This document shows, one piece after another, positions 38,711-47,658 of a stretch of DNA of 64,000 nt. The notes beneath the pieces are model-generated. The model searched no databases. It was not told the origin of the DNA and saw only the letters and a program-made list of their open reading frames with translations. The stretch comes from an uncultured bacterium (GTDB taxonomy: Bacteria; Krumholzibacteriota; Krumholzibacteriia; LZORAL124-64-63): positions 608,001 to 672,000 of the forward strand of contig CAVSGO010000007.1 of NCBI GenBank assembly GCA_963727525.1, written 5' to 3'. The translations under genes and the position numbers were made by a program. Within the stretch, counting starts at the first letter, position 1, and each line of letters starts with the position of its first letter.

Positions 38711-39391
38711 ATGCTCAAGGTGGTCGTTTTCGGACTGGGACGTTTCGGGGCCTCGGTCGCCACGTCGCTCTACGAACAGGGTGCGGAGGTTCTCGCCATC
38801 GATCGCGCGTTACGCCTGGTGGAGGACGTGAAGGATCAGGTGTCCGTGGCCATCGCCTGCGACGCCACGCAGCGGGCGTCGCTCGAAGCGTACGACATCA
38901 GCCACATGGACGTGGCGGTGGTGGGCATCGGCACGAATTTCGAGGCGTCGGTGCTGGTGACGATGAACTGCCGCGAGCTTAAGGTGCCGAGGATCATCGC
39001 CAAGGCGCTCAACCCGATGCAGGCACAGGTGCTGCGGTCGGTGGGCGCGCACCGCGTGATCATGCCGGAGGAGGAGATGGGAGAGCGTCTGGCGAATCAC
39101 CTGTTGCACGGCTCGGTGGTGGACTTCGTGGAGCTGCCCGACGGCTTCTCGCTGCGACGCATCCCGATCCCGGCCGATTGGGCAGGCAAGAAGCTCGCCG
39201 ACCTCAAGCTGCTCGGCGACCGCCGGCTCAACCTGATCCAGATCGTGCGGCCGCAGCGCAAGCTGAGCGATCCGGCCGACCAGGAGAGCGACGTGCTCAA
39301 GATCCCGCTGCCCCATGGCGAGACCGCCCTGGAAGCCGGCGACTTCATCGATGTCATCGGGCCAGATACTGCCCTGCGCAAGTACTTATGA
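38711..39391 (+). CDS. trkA: TrkA/KtrA potassium uptake regulatory RCK subunit
   Basis: VFGLGRFG Rossmann motif, IAKA, VIMPEEEMG; adjacent to trkH. Confidence 0.92.
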   Translation: MLKVVVFGLGRFGASVATSLYEQGAEVLAIDRALRLVEDVKDQVSVAIACDATQRASLEAYDISHMDVAVVGIGTNFEASVLVTMNCRELKVPRIIAKALNPMQAQVLRSVGAHRVIMPEEEMGERLANHLLHGSVVDFVELPDGFSLRRIPIPADWAGKKLADLKLLGDRRLNLIQIVRPQRKLSDPADQESDVLKIPLPHGETALEAGDFIDVIGPDTALRKYL

Positions 39392-39582
39392 CGGAGATGA
39401 AGGGGGAATTTCCCCTTTGCGGAACCGAGCGGTCGAGGTATGTTGAGCCCGTATTGAGAGTCGATAAGGAATTCCCTAAGGAGCGAGTGTAGCTTCCGGC
39501 GCCGGAGGCTGCGGGAGTTCCCCAACCAGCGCGGTCCATGGTCTGGCACCCGGACCTCCGCGCGGACGTAAGGAGAGAAGTC

Positions 39583-40206
39583 ATGAAGTTGCGGACCATT
39601 GCCTTGCTGACCGTTGTCGCGGCTCTCGTCGCGCTAGCCGGTTGCTCGTGCAAGGAATACGAGGATCAGATCACGGCTCTGGACCAGCAGATCGCCGACC
39701 TGCAGGGCCAGATCGGCGAGCGGGAAGCCACGCTGGCGGAGTGCAACGACATCTCCAACGAGCTGCGCGACAAGCTGAAGGATGCCAAGTCCGAGAACGC
39801 GACCCTGGTCACGCAGATGAACGAGACGGTCATCATCACGCTGGACCAGAGCGTGACCTACTCGTCGAGCCAGTACATCGTTCTGGACACCATGGTCAGC
39901 ACGCTGCAGGCCATTGCCGACGTGATCGGCCAGCATCCCGACTGGGAAGTCTATGTCGAGGGCTACACCGACGACACGAAGATCCTCGAGGAGTTCCAGG
40001 ACCGGATCCCGTCGAACTGGGAGCTTGGTGCGCTGCGCTCGGGCGCGATCACTCGCTACCTCACCAACCAGCTCAATCTGGATCCGAAGCGGTTCGCGGT
40101 GGTGAGCTACGGCCCCTACCGTCCGGTGGCCGACAACGACACCGCCGACGGCCGCGCGCAGAACCGCCGCGTGCGCATCGTGCTGCACAAGCCGGAGAAG
40201 AGCTAG
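39583..40206 (+). CDS. OmpA/MotB-type peptidoglycan-binding lipoprotein with coiled coil
   Basis: Lipobox LAGC; VEGYTDD, SNWELGALRS, SYGPYRPVADNDTADGRAQNRRVRI. Confidence 0.88.
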   Translation: MKLRTIALLTVVAALVALAGCSCKEYEDQITALDQQIADLQGQIGEREATLAECNDISNELRDKLKDAKSENATLVTQMNETVIITLDQSVTYSSSQYIVLDTMVSTLQAIADVIGQHPDWEVYVEGYTDDTKILEEFQDRIPSNWELGALRSGAITRYLTNQLNLDPKRFAVVSYGPYRPVADNDTADGRAQNRRVRIVLHKPEKS

Positions 40207-40231
40207 GCCTCACGCCGACTCTGCACGGATC

Positions 40232-40263
40232 GCGGCCCCCGACTCGCGAGAGTCGGGGGCCGC
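40232..40263. terminator. 14-bp perfect stem with GCGA loop between convergent genes
   Basis: GCGGCCCCCGACTC-GCGA-GAGTCGGGGGCCGC followed by TCGTTCT. Confidence 0.75.
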
Positions 40264-40298
40264 TCGTTCTGTCTGCGGTGTCTCGGGCTCCGCCGCGG

Positions 40299-41459
40299 CT
40301 AGCGCATCGCGACGACGTCGCGGCAACCCGCGATCGCCGCGTCGATGTGGGCCTCGGTATTGAAGGGGCCGATCGAGAAGCGCACCGTGCCCTTGGGCGT
40401 GGTGCCGATGCCTTCGTGGGCGAGGGGGGCGCAGTGCAGGCCGGTGCGGGTGGCGATGTCGTGCTCCACGTCGAGGATCATGCCGGCCTCGCCGGCCTCG
40501 AAGTCGCCGATGTTACAGCAGACGACGGGCAGGTGGTGATCGCTGACTCCGGCGCAGTAGAGCGTCACCTTCGGAGTGTCGCGCAGGCCGGCGATGAGTC
40601 GCGCCGCCAGGTTCGTCTCGTGCTGACGGATGCCGTCGATCCCCTGCGCGTTCACCCAGTCGAGGCCGGCGCCCAGGCCCGCGATGCCCACGGTGTTGAG
40701 CGTGCCCACCTCGCAACGGTAGGGGAATTCGTCGAGGTGTGTGCGCACCGCCGACTTCACGCCCGTGCCGCCCCAGCGGATGGAGCGGATGGGCACGTCC
40801 ACGCCCACGATCATGCCGCCGATTCCCGTCGGCCCCATCAACGACTTGTGCCCGGTGAAAGCGAGGAGGTCGACGCCCCAGGCTTCCATGTCGATGGGCA
40901 CCACGCCCGCCGTCTGCGCGGTGTCGAGTGCGAAGAGCACACCCTTCTCCTTGCAGATGCGGCCGATCGCCGCCGCGTCCTGGATCGTGCCGATCACGTT
41001 GGAACCATGATTGACGATGACCAGCCGCGTGTTCGGCTTGATCGCGCGCGCGATGGCGTCAGGGTCGACGAAGCCCTGAGCGTCGAAGCCCACCAGGTCG
41101 TGGGTGATGACGCCGTCCCGCTCCATCACGTAGAGCGGCCGCAGCACCGAGTTGTGTTCGAGCGTGGTGGAAACCACGTGATCGCCCGGCTGGCACACGC
41201 CCTGGATGATGAGGTTGAGCCCGTCGGACGCGTTGGCGCCGAAGATGACGTGATTGTAATCGTGCGCCGGATTGTTGAAGAAGGCGTCGAGTTTGCGCCG
41301 CGTCCCATCGACCATGAGCCCCGCCTCGACCGCGAGATCATATCCCGATCGGCCGGGGTTTACCCCGTAGTTGCGGTAGAAATCGGCCATGGCATCGATG
41401 ACGACGGGAGGCTTCGGGAAGGCGGTCGCAGCATTATCCAGATAGATGACATCGCTCAT
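40299..41459 (-). CDS. Class-V PLP aminotransferase, cysteine desulfurase family
   Basis: YLDNAATAFPKP, EHNSVLRP, DTAQTAG, FTGHKSLMGPTG, RTGLHCAPLAH. ATG at 41459 after GAGGAG. Confidence 0.92.
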   Translation of the reverse strand: MSDVIYLDNAATAFPKPPVVIDAMADFYRNYGVNPGRSGYDLAVEAGLMVDGTRRKLDAFFNNPAHDYNHVIFGANASDGLNLIIQGVCQPGDHVVSTTLEHNSVLRPLYVMERDGVITHDLVGFDAQGFVDPDAIARAIKPNTRLVIVNHGSNVIGTIQDAAAIGRICKEKGVLFALDTAQTAGVVPIDMEAWGVDLLAFTGHKSLMGPTGIGGMIVGVDVPIRSIRWGGTGVKSAVRTHLDEFPYRCEVGTLNTVGIAGLGAGLDWVNAQGIDGIRQHETNLAARLIAGLRDTPKVTLYCAGVSDHHLPVVCCNIGDFEAGEAGMILDVEHDIATRTGLHCAPLAHEGIGTTPKGTVRFSIGPFNTEAHIDAAIAGCRDVVAMR

Positions 41460-41496
41460 GCTGACTCCTCTCGAACGACGAGACGATCCGGCCCCG

Positions 41497-41525
41497 AATA
41501 TTGCGCATGGACCCGGGGGAGGCAA
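41497..41525 (-). promoter_or_regulatory. Putative promoter TTGCCT-N17-AATATT for the desulfurase-like gene
   Basis: -35 comes from the left arm end of the inverted repeat; 17-nt spacer. Confidence 0.5.
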
Positions 41526-41602
41526 GGAGAGGTGGGGATGGGGGCCGGGTCCTTCGAGCGGACGCCGGGCGGACCCGGCCCCCATCCCCACCTCTCCTTG
41601 CC
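41521..41602. repeat. Perfect 32-bp inverted repeat with 18-nt spacer (MITE/REPIN-like palindrome)
   Basis: GGCAAGGAGAGGTGGGGATGGGGGCCGGGTCC (41521-41552) and its exact reverse complement (41571-41602). Confidence 0.95.
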
Positions 41603-41626
41603 ACCGCCCAGGGGCGTGGGTATGAT
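41598..41626 (+). promoter_or_regulatory. Putative promoter TTGCCA-N17-TATGAT for SPOR-ppi-uvrA
   Basis: -35 comes from the right arm end of the inverted repeat; 17-nt spacer. Confidence 0.65.
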
Positions 41627-41666
41627 CGCGAGAGACTTGGCCCCAATGTAAAGATGAGGTGTGGGC

Positions 41667-42218
41667 ATGAAGAGATCATTGGTCGTGTTGATGGCGGTGC
41701 TGGTGCTGGCGGGGTGTGGCAAAAAGAATGAGAAACAGGAGACGATGGTACCGCAGGGGATGCAGCAGACGACGGTGACGTCGGAGGCGGCGGATTCGGC
41801 GGGAGCGCTGGGGGACTCTCTGGCGGAGGCGGCGGGGCAGATGCCGGACATGCCGGCGAGCGCGGGCGAAGTGCCGCTGCAGTCGCTGGACGAGCCGACC
41901 GGGACGCCGCCGAGGAGCGAACCGCAGCCGGTGCGGCACACGGAACCGGAAAGGCCGGCGCGCACGGCCACGGCGCCGCCCGCCGGCGGTTCGTATGCCG
42001 TGCAGGTGGGGGCATTCGAGCGCTCGGTGTACGCCGACAAGCGGGTCGCGGCCCTGGGCGACGCGGGTATCTCCGCGCGGATCGAGACGGCTCAGGTCAA
42101 TGGCGTCACCTATCACCGGGTGATCGTGCCGGGGCTGCCGACCCTGGACGAGGCGCGGAGTCTGGCGGCGCGGGTCGAACGTGATCTGGGCTTCGCCACT
42201 CTGGTCCGCAAGCGCTAG
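41667..42218 (+). CDS. SPOR-domain lipoprotein
   Basis: Lipobox LAGC, low-complexity linker, YAVQVGAF...YHRVIVPG..EARSLAAR. Confidence 0.88.
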   Translation: MKRSLVVLMAVLVLAGCGKKNEKQETMVPQGMQQTTVTSEAADSAGALGDSLAEAAGQMPDMPASAGEVPLQSLDEPTGTPPRSEPQPVRHTEPERPARTATAPPAGGSYAVQVGAFERSVYADKRVAALGDAGISARIETAQVNGVTYHRVIVPGLPTLDEARSLAARVERDLGFATLVRKR

Positions 42219-42272
42219 ATTGTCCGACCGACATCCGTACGTGCCACCACCCCTCGCGCCTGGAGGACGACA

Positions 42273-43034
42273 ATGAGCCGGCTCCCATCGATCCGCCGTC
42301 TGCTGGCGGTTGCGCTGGTCCTCGCCCTGCGCGGGCTGCCGGCCGTGGCGGCCGCGCCGGCCGACCAGGCGCCGTTCGTCCGGCTGCACACCGGCGCCGG
42401 CACCATGGTCCTGGTACTTTTTCCCGAGCTGGCACCGCACCATGTCGACCAGTTTCTGCACCTGGCGACCGCGGGATTCTACGACGGCACGACGTTTCAT
42501 CGCATCGTGCCCGGCTTCGTGATCCAGGGCGGCGATCCCCAGAGCCGGGACATGGACCCACGCAACGACGGTTTCGGCGGACCGACACTCGCCGACGTGC
42601 TCACGCCCGGCGAGCAACAGGGCCTGACGCAGGCGTTCGCACCGATCGCGGCCCGCGGTTACGGCGGGCTCGATCTGAGCCTGCGGGCGAATCTCGCAGG
42701 CGAGTATTCGAAGACGGCCAAGCACCTGCGCGGCAGCGTGAGCATGGCGCACGGGCGGGACGGGTGGGCGGGTAGCCAGTTCTTCATCTGCCTCGATGCC
42801 ACACCGCAGTTCGATCGGCAGTACTCCATCTTCGGTCAGGTGATCGCCGGGATGGCGGTGGCCGATTCCATCGCGGCCGGCGCGACGATGCCCAGCATCA
42901 GCCAGCACGCCCAGCACCCGGTGCCCATCACCAGCATCGAGGTGCTCACGGGCGCGCAGGCGCTCACGGCCGACGAGCGTGCGGCCTACGAGAAGACCAT
43001 GGCCGACCTCGCGACGGCCGGCAGCACCTGGTAG
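42273..43034 (+). CDS. Exported cyclophilin-type peptidyl-prolyl isomerase
   Basis: GFYDGTTFHRIVPGFVIQGGDP, GSVSMAH, AGSQFFI, YSIFGQVIAGM; signal peptide. Confidence 0.93.
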   Translation: MSRLPSIRRLLAVALVLALRGLPAVAAAPADQAPFVRLHTGAGTMVLVLFPELAPHHVDQFLHLATAGFYDGTTFHRIVPGFVIQGGDPQSRDMDPRNDGFGGPTLADVLTPGEQQGLTQAFAPIAARGYGGLDLSLRANLAGEYSKTAKHLRGSVSMAHGRDGWAGSQFFICLDATPQFDRQYSIFGQVIAGMAVADSIAAGATMPSISQHAQHPVPITSIEVLTGAQALTADERAAYEKTMADLATAGSTW

Positions 43035-43050
43035 AACGGAGAGGCGGCGG

Positions 43051-45933
43051 ATGGCGTCGACAGCCAAGGCTTCGCACGACATGGCGCCATGCGGCGACGA
43101 CAGGCGCAGGCCTGGAGAGATCGTCGTCAAGGGCGTGCGGGTGCACAACCTGAAGAACCTCGACCTGCGGCTTCCGCGTCGCCGGCTCGTGGTGGTGACG
43201 GGTCCGAGCGGTTCGGGCAAGTCGTCGCTGGCCTTCGACACGCTCTACGCTGAGGGACAGCGCCGTTACATCGAGAGCCTGTCGAGCTATGCGCACCAGT
43301 TCCTCGACCAGTTGCCCAAACCCGATGTCGACCGCATCGAGGGATTGTCGCCGTCGCTGGCCATCGACCAGAAGGGACTGGGCACGAGTCCGCGTTCCAC
43401 CGTCGGCACCACCACCGAGATCTACAACTTTCTGCGCCTGCTGTACGCTCGCTGCGGCACGTCGGTATGTCCCGATTGCAATCTGCCGGCGACGAACCGG
43501 CCGCTCGCCGACATCGAGGCCGAGATCCTCGCCCTGCCGGCCGGTGCGCGCTTCCTCTTGCTGGCACCCGTGGTGCGTGGGCGGCGCGGGCAGCACCGCA
43601 AGCTGCTCGACGACCTCGTGACGCAGGGCTACGTGCGCGCGCTCATCGATGGCGAGCTGGTGGAACTGGACAGCGACCTCGACCTGGCGGCCGGCAAGCG
43701 GCACGATATCGCCGTCGTCGTTGACGGACTCACGCGGCGCGAAGGCATTCGCGAGCAGCTCCACGCCTCGCTCGAGGCCGCGGCCGCGCTTGGCGATGGC
43801 GCGGTGATCGTGTGGCAAGACGGCGACCAGACCTACTACAGTCGCGATGCGAGCTGCCCCGGCTGCGGCCGCGGATTCCCCGCCCTCGACCCGCGCCTCT
43901 TCTCGTTCAACTCACCGGCCGGATCGTGTCCAGAGTGCAACGGCCTGGGCACGCTGCGGACCATCCCGGCCGACCTGCTGGTGCCCGATCCGTCGCTCGG
44001 ACTCGCCGATGGCGCCGTGGAGTTTCTCAAGGGCAAGGAATCGAGCTGGCTCTACACGCAGATCGAGGCGCTGGCCGGAGCCATGGGATTCGAGCTCGCC
44101 ACGCCGTGGCGCGATCTGTCGACGGATGCGCGCGCGACGCTGTTGCACGGACTGAGCGGCGATACCGACCGGCGCCTGCAGGACCACGTGCACTACCAGG
44201 CCTTCCTCAAGGGCTGGCCGGGTCTGGTACCCGAGCTGGTGCGGCGTCATCGCGAGACCAAGTCGGAGCGTATCCGGGCCAACCTCGAGAAGATCATGGC
44301 CGAGGAACCTTGCCCCACCTGTGACGGCTACCGTTTGCGGCCGGAGGCGCTCCACGTGCAGGTGGCGGGCAAGCACATCGGTGAGGTGGCGTCGCTCACG
44401 TTCACCGAACTGGAGGCGTGGTCTGCCGGCGTGGAGTTCACCGGCGCGCGGGAGCGCGCGGTCGCCACGCCCATCGTGGCGCAGATCCGCCACCGCCTGG
44501 AGTTCCTGCTGCGCGTGGGGGTGAGCTACCTGTCGCTGGCGCGCGGCACGCGCACACTGTCCGGCGGAGAGGGTCAGCGCGTGCGCCTGGCCACGCAGGT
44601 GGGCTCGCAGCTCACCGGCGTGCTCTACATCCTCGACGAGCCGAGCGTGGGCCTGCATCATCGCGATATCCACCGGCTCATCGGCACGTTGCAAGCACTG
44701 CGCGATCGCGGCAACAGCGTGGTGGTGGTGGAGCATGATCGCGATGTCATGCTCGCCGCCGACCACATCATCGACCTCGGTCCCGGCGCGGGCGAGCACG
44801 GCGGCTGGCTGGTGGCACAGGGCACGGTGCGCGAGGTCATGGCCACCGAGGGCAGCGCCACCGGCGACTTCCTCGCCGGGCGCGTGGGCGGCGGCGGTCC
44901 GGCTCCCCTGTCCAACCACGGGAGTCCACCGGCGGAGCACTGGCTGAGCCTGTCCGGCCTGCGCGGCCGCAACCTCAAGGGTATCGACCTCACGCTGCCG
45001 CTGGGGCGCCTGACCGTGGTCACGGGTGTATCCGGCTCGGGCAAGAGCACGGCGGTGAACGACACGCTGTACCGCGTGCTCTCGAACCGCTTGCACCGGG
45101 CGCGCAAGCGCCCCGAGCCGTTTGACGACCTCGCGGGTCTGGAACACCTGGACGGCGTGGTCATGGTGGACCAGTCATCCATAGGACGCACGCCGCGGTC
45201 GACGCCGGCGACGTACACCGGCCTGTATGGCCACGTCCGCCGCTTGTTCGCGCAGACCGGCCTGGCGCGCATGCGCGGGTACGACGCCGGGCGATTCAGC
45301 TTCAACACCGCCGGCGGTCGTTGCGAGGTCTGCGAGGGCGCGGGCATGCGCCGGTTGACCATGGATTTTCTGCCCGACGTGGAGGTGCTCTGCGAGGAAT
45401 GCGGTGGCCGCCGGTTCGATCGCGAGACGCGCGAGGTGCACTTCAAGGGCCAGGACATCGCCCAGGTGCTCGACATGAGCGTCGACCAGGCGGCCGAACT
45501 CTTCGCCAGCGTCCCTCCCTGCCGCAAGATCCTTGAAGTCATGCAGGGCGTGGGCCTGGGTTACCTGCGACTGGGCCAGGCCGGCGCCACGCTCAGCGGC
45601 GGCGAGGCGCAGCGTCTGAAGCTGGTGAAGGAGCTGGCGCGCGGCGGCACGAGGCCCACGCTGTACATCCTCGACGAGCCCACCACCGGATTGCACTTCT
45701 GCGACGTCGACCGCCTCATGCACGTGCTGGCGCAGCTTCTGGAGCGCGGCAACACGGTGGTGGTGATCGAGCACAACCCCGAGGTGATCCGTCGGGCGGA
45801 CCATGTGATCGATCTGGGTCCGGAGGGCGGCGCCGGCGGGGGCGAGATCGTGGCCCAGGGCAGCCTGGGCGACATCATGGCCAGCGAGGAATCCTACACC
45901 GGCGCCATGCTACGTGAGCTGTTCGCGTCCTGA
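43051..45933 (+). CDS. uvrA: Excinuclease ABC subunit A
   Basis: HNLKN, TGPSGSGKSSLAFDTLYAEGQRRYIES, FSFNSPAGSCPECNGLG, LSGGEGQRVRLATQVGS; second ABC domain GVSGSGKST and LSGGEAQRLKL. Confidence 0.97.
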   Translation: MASTAKASHDMAPCGDDRRRPGEIVVKGVRVHNLKNLDLRLPRRRLVVVTGPSGSGKSSLAFDTLYAEGQRRYIESLSSYAHQFLDQLPKPDVDRIEGLSPSLAIDQKGLGTSPRSTVGTTTEIYNFLRLLYARCGTSVCPDCNLPATNRPLADIEAEILALPAGARFLLLAPVVRGRRGQHRKLLDDLVTQGYVRALIDGELVELDSDLDLAAGKRHDIAVVVDGLTRREGIREQLHASLEAAAALGDGAVIVWQDGDQTYYSRDASCPGCGRGFPALDPRLFSFNSPAGSCPECNGLGTLRTIPADLLVPDPSLGLADGAVEFLKGKESSWLYTQIEALAGAMGFELATPWRDLSTDARATLLHGLSGDTDRRLQDHVHYQAFLKGWPGLVPELVRRHRETKSERIRANLEKIMAEEPCPTCDGYRLRPEALHVQVAGKHIGEVASLTFTELEAWSAGVEFTGARERAVATPIVAQIRHRLEFLLRVGVSYLSLARGTRTLSGGEGQRVRLATQVGSQLTGVLYILDEPSVGLHHRDIHRLIGTLQALRDRGNSVVVVEHDRDVMLAADHIIDLGPGAGEHGGWLVAQGTVREVMATEGSATGDFLAGRVGGGGPAPLSNHGSPPAEHWLSLSGLRGRNLKGIDLTLPLGRLTVVTGVSGSGKSTAVNDTLYRVLSNRLHRARKRPEPFDDLAGLEHLDGVVMVDQSSIGRTPRSTPATYTGLYGHVRRLFAQTGLARMRGYDAGRFSFNTAGGRCEVCEGAGMRRLTMDFLPDVEVLCEECGGRRFDRETREVHFKGQDIAQVLDMSVDQAAELFASVPPCRKILEVMQGVGLGYLRLGQAGATLSGGEAQRLKLVKELARGGTRPTLYILDEPTTGLHFCDVDRLMHVLAQLLERGNTVVVIEHNPEVIRRADHVIDLGPEGGAGGGEIVAQGSLGDIMASEESYTGAMLRELFAS

Positions 45934-45959
45934 TTTCGCGCCGAGTCCGCATTACCGGC

Positions 45960-45988
45960 TTGGCTAACGCCAGTGGTCGGCTTAGATT
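45960..45988 (+). promoter_or_regulatory. Putative promoter TTGGCT-N17-TAGATT for gcv operon
   Basis: 17-nt spacing in intergenic DNA; -10 is one mismatch from TATATT. Confidence 0.45.
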
Positions 45989-46106
45989 TCTGCCCGACGG
46001 GGCCGGCCGTCCCGGTCGCGACCGCGCGCCGGTTCCTGCCACCATCAGCGTCGATCCGCCCACGGCGGATCCCGGCCATGGCGCCCCTAGCCGCAGGAGA
46101 CCCGAG

Positions 46107-47261
46107 GTGAACGACCCGATGGTGCTCAAGCTCACCCCCCTGTCAGCCTGGCACGAGGCGCACGGCGCCCGCATGGTGCCCTTCGCCGGTTTCTCCATGC
46201 CCGTCCAATACGAAGGTGTGCTCGCGGAGCACGCCACGGTGCGCGAGAAGGTGGGGCTCTTCGACATCACGCACATGGGCGAGGTGTACGTCGATGGCCC
46301 CGCGGCCGGCGACTGGATCTCGGGACTGGTGACCAACAAGACCGCCGACGTCGCACCGGGCAAGGTGGTTTACACTGCCATGTGCCGCGAGGACGGCGGC
46401 GTGCTCGACGACATGCTCGTGTACCGCCTCGCCGAAATGCGCTGGCTCATCGTGATGAATGCCTCCAATCATGACAAGATCGTCGCCTGGTTGCACGACC
46501 ACGTGCCCACCAGTGGCGTCACCCTCGACGATGCGAGCGAGCGCACGGCCCTCATCGCCGTCCAGGGCCCCGAGGCGAACGTGCTCGTGAAGCGCCTCGC
46601 CCGCCTGCGCGATCGGTCCGACGCGATCGACGCGCTCGAGTTCTACACCCACTTCACCCTGGGCGATTGGATCGTCTCGCGCACCGGCTACACCGGTGAG
46701 CATGGCTACGAGCTGTACGTGCCCAACGCCGATGCGCTCCCGGTGTGGGAAGAATTGCTAGGAGCCGGAGCCGATCTGGGCGTCAAGCCCATCGGCCTGG
46801 CGGCGCGTGATACGCTGCGATTCGAGGCGTGCTACTGCCTCTACGGTCACGAGCTGGACGAGGACACGACGCCCCTGGAGGCTGGCATCGGCTGGGCGGT
46901 GAAGCTCAAGAAGAGTGACGGCTTCGTCGGACGCGATGCGCTCGTGCGGCAGAAGGACGCCGGCGTGCCGCGCAAGCTCGTGGGTCTGGAATTCGAGGGC
47001 CGCGCCATCGCCCGGCAGGATATGCCGGTGCTGGTCGGCGGCCAGCAGATGGGCCGGATCACCAGCGGCACCTTCAGCCCCACGCTGAAACGGGCTCTGG
47101 CCCTGGCCCTCGTGCGTGTGGATGCCGTGAAGGCGGATGTCGACGAGGGGGACCTGGCGGTGGAGATCCGCGGCAAGCAGGTCGCGGCCCGTCTCGTGCC
47201 CATTCCGTTCCTGGCGGCGCGGGTCAAGGGTGATCCGCGGGCCCAGCGTACCCTGGACTAG
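46107..47261 (+). CDS. gcvT: Glycine cleavage system aminomethyltransferase T
   Basis: MVPFAGFSMPVQY, GLFDITHMGE, IAVQGP, SRTGYTGEHGYE, GLAARDTLRFEA, LYGHEL. Confidence 0.97.
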   Translation: MNDPMVLKLTPLSAWHEAHGARMVPFAGFSMPVQYEGVLAEHATVREKVGLFDITHMGEVYVDGPAAGDWISGLVTNKTADVAPGKVVYTAMCREDGGVLDDMLVYRLAEMRWLIVMNASNHDKIVAWLHDHVPTSGVTLDDASERTALIAVQGPEANVLVKRLARLRDRSDAIDALEFYTHFTLGDWIVSRTGYTGEHGYELYVPNADALPVWEELLGAGADLGVKPIGLAARDTLRFEACYCLYGHELDEDTTPLEAGIGWAVKLKKSDGFVGRDALVRQKDAGVPRKLVGLEFEGRAIARQDMPVLVGGQQMGRITSGTFSPTLKRALALALVRVDAVKADVDEGDLAVEIRGKQVAARLVPIPFLAARVKGDPRAQRTLD

Positions 47262-47272
47262 AGGAGCGAACC

Positions 47273-47650
47273 ATGGTTCCCGACGATCGCAAGTACACCC
47301 AGGAACACGAGTGGGTCCAGATCGACGGCGAGGTCGGCATGGTCGGCATCACCGATCACGCGGCGAACGAGCTGGGTGATATCGTCTTCGTCGAGCTGCC
47401 CGACGTGGGCAGCGAATTCAGCATGGGCGACGCCGTGGGCACGATCGAATCCGTGAAGGCGGTCGCCGATCTCTACATCCCGATCAGCGGGGAAGTCGTC
47501 GAGATCAACCAGGCCGTGGTGGACAGCCCGGAACTGGTGAACTCATCGCCCATGGACGACGGCTGGCTGATCAAGGTACGCCTGGTCGACGGCTCCGAAC
47601 TGGAGAAGCTGCTCGACGCCGGCGCCTACGAAGACATCCTGGGAGGCTGA
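47273..47650 (+). CDS. gcvH: Glycine cleavage system H protein
   Basis: YTQEHEWV, GITDHA..LGDIVFVELP, lipoyl site IESVKAV. Confidence 0.98.
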   Translation: MVPDDRKYTQEHEWVQIDGEVGMVGITDHAANELGDIVFVELPDVGSEFSMGDAVGTIESVKAVADLYIPISGEVVEINQAVVDSPELVNSSPMDDGWLIKVRLVDGSELEKLLDAGAYEDILGG

Positions 47651-47658
47651 TCCGCATC

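Noticed and set aside
45934-46106. Glycine riboswitch upstream of gcvT
   Set aside because: No GGAGA...CCGAAG...CTCAGG aptamer core; the only GGAGA is the RBS.
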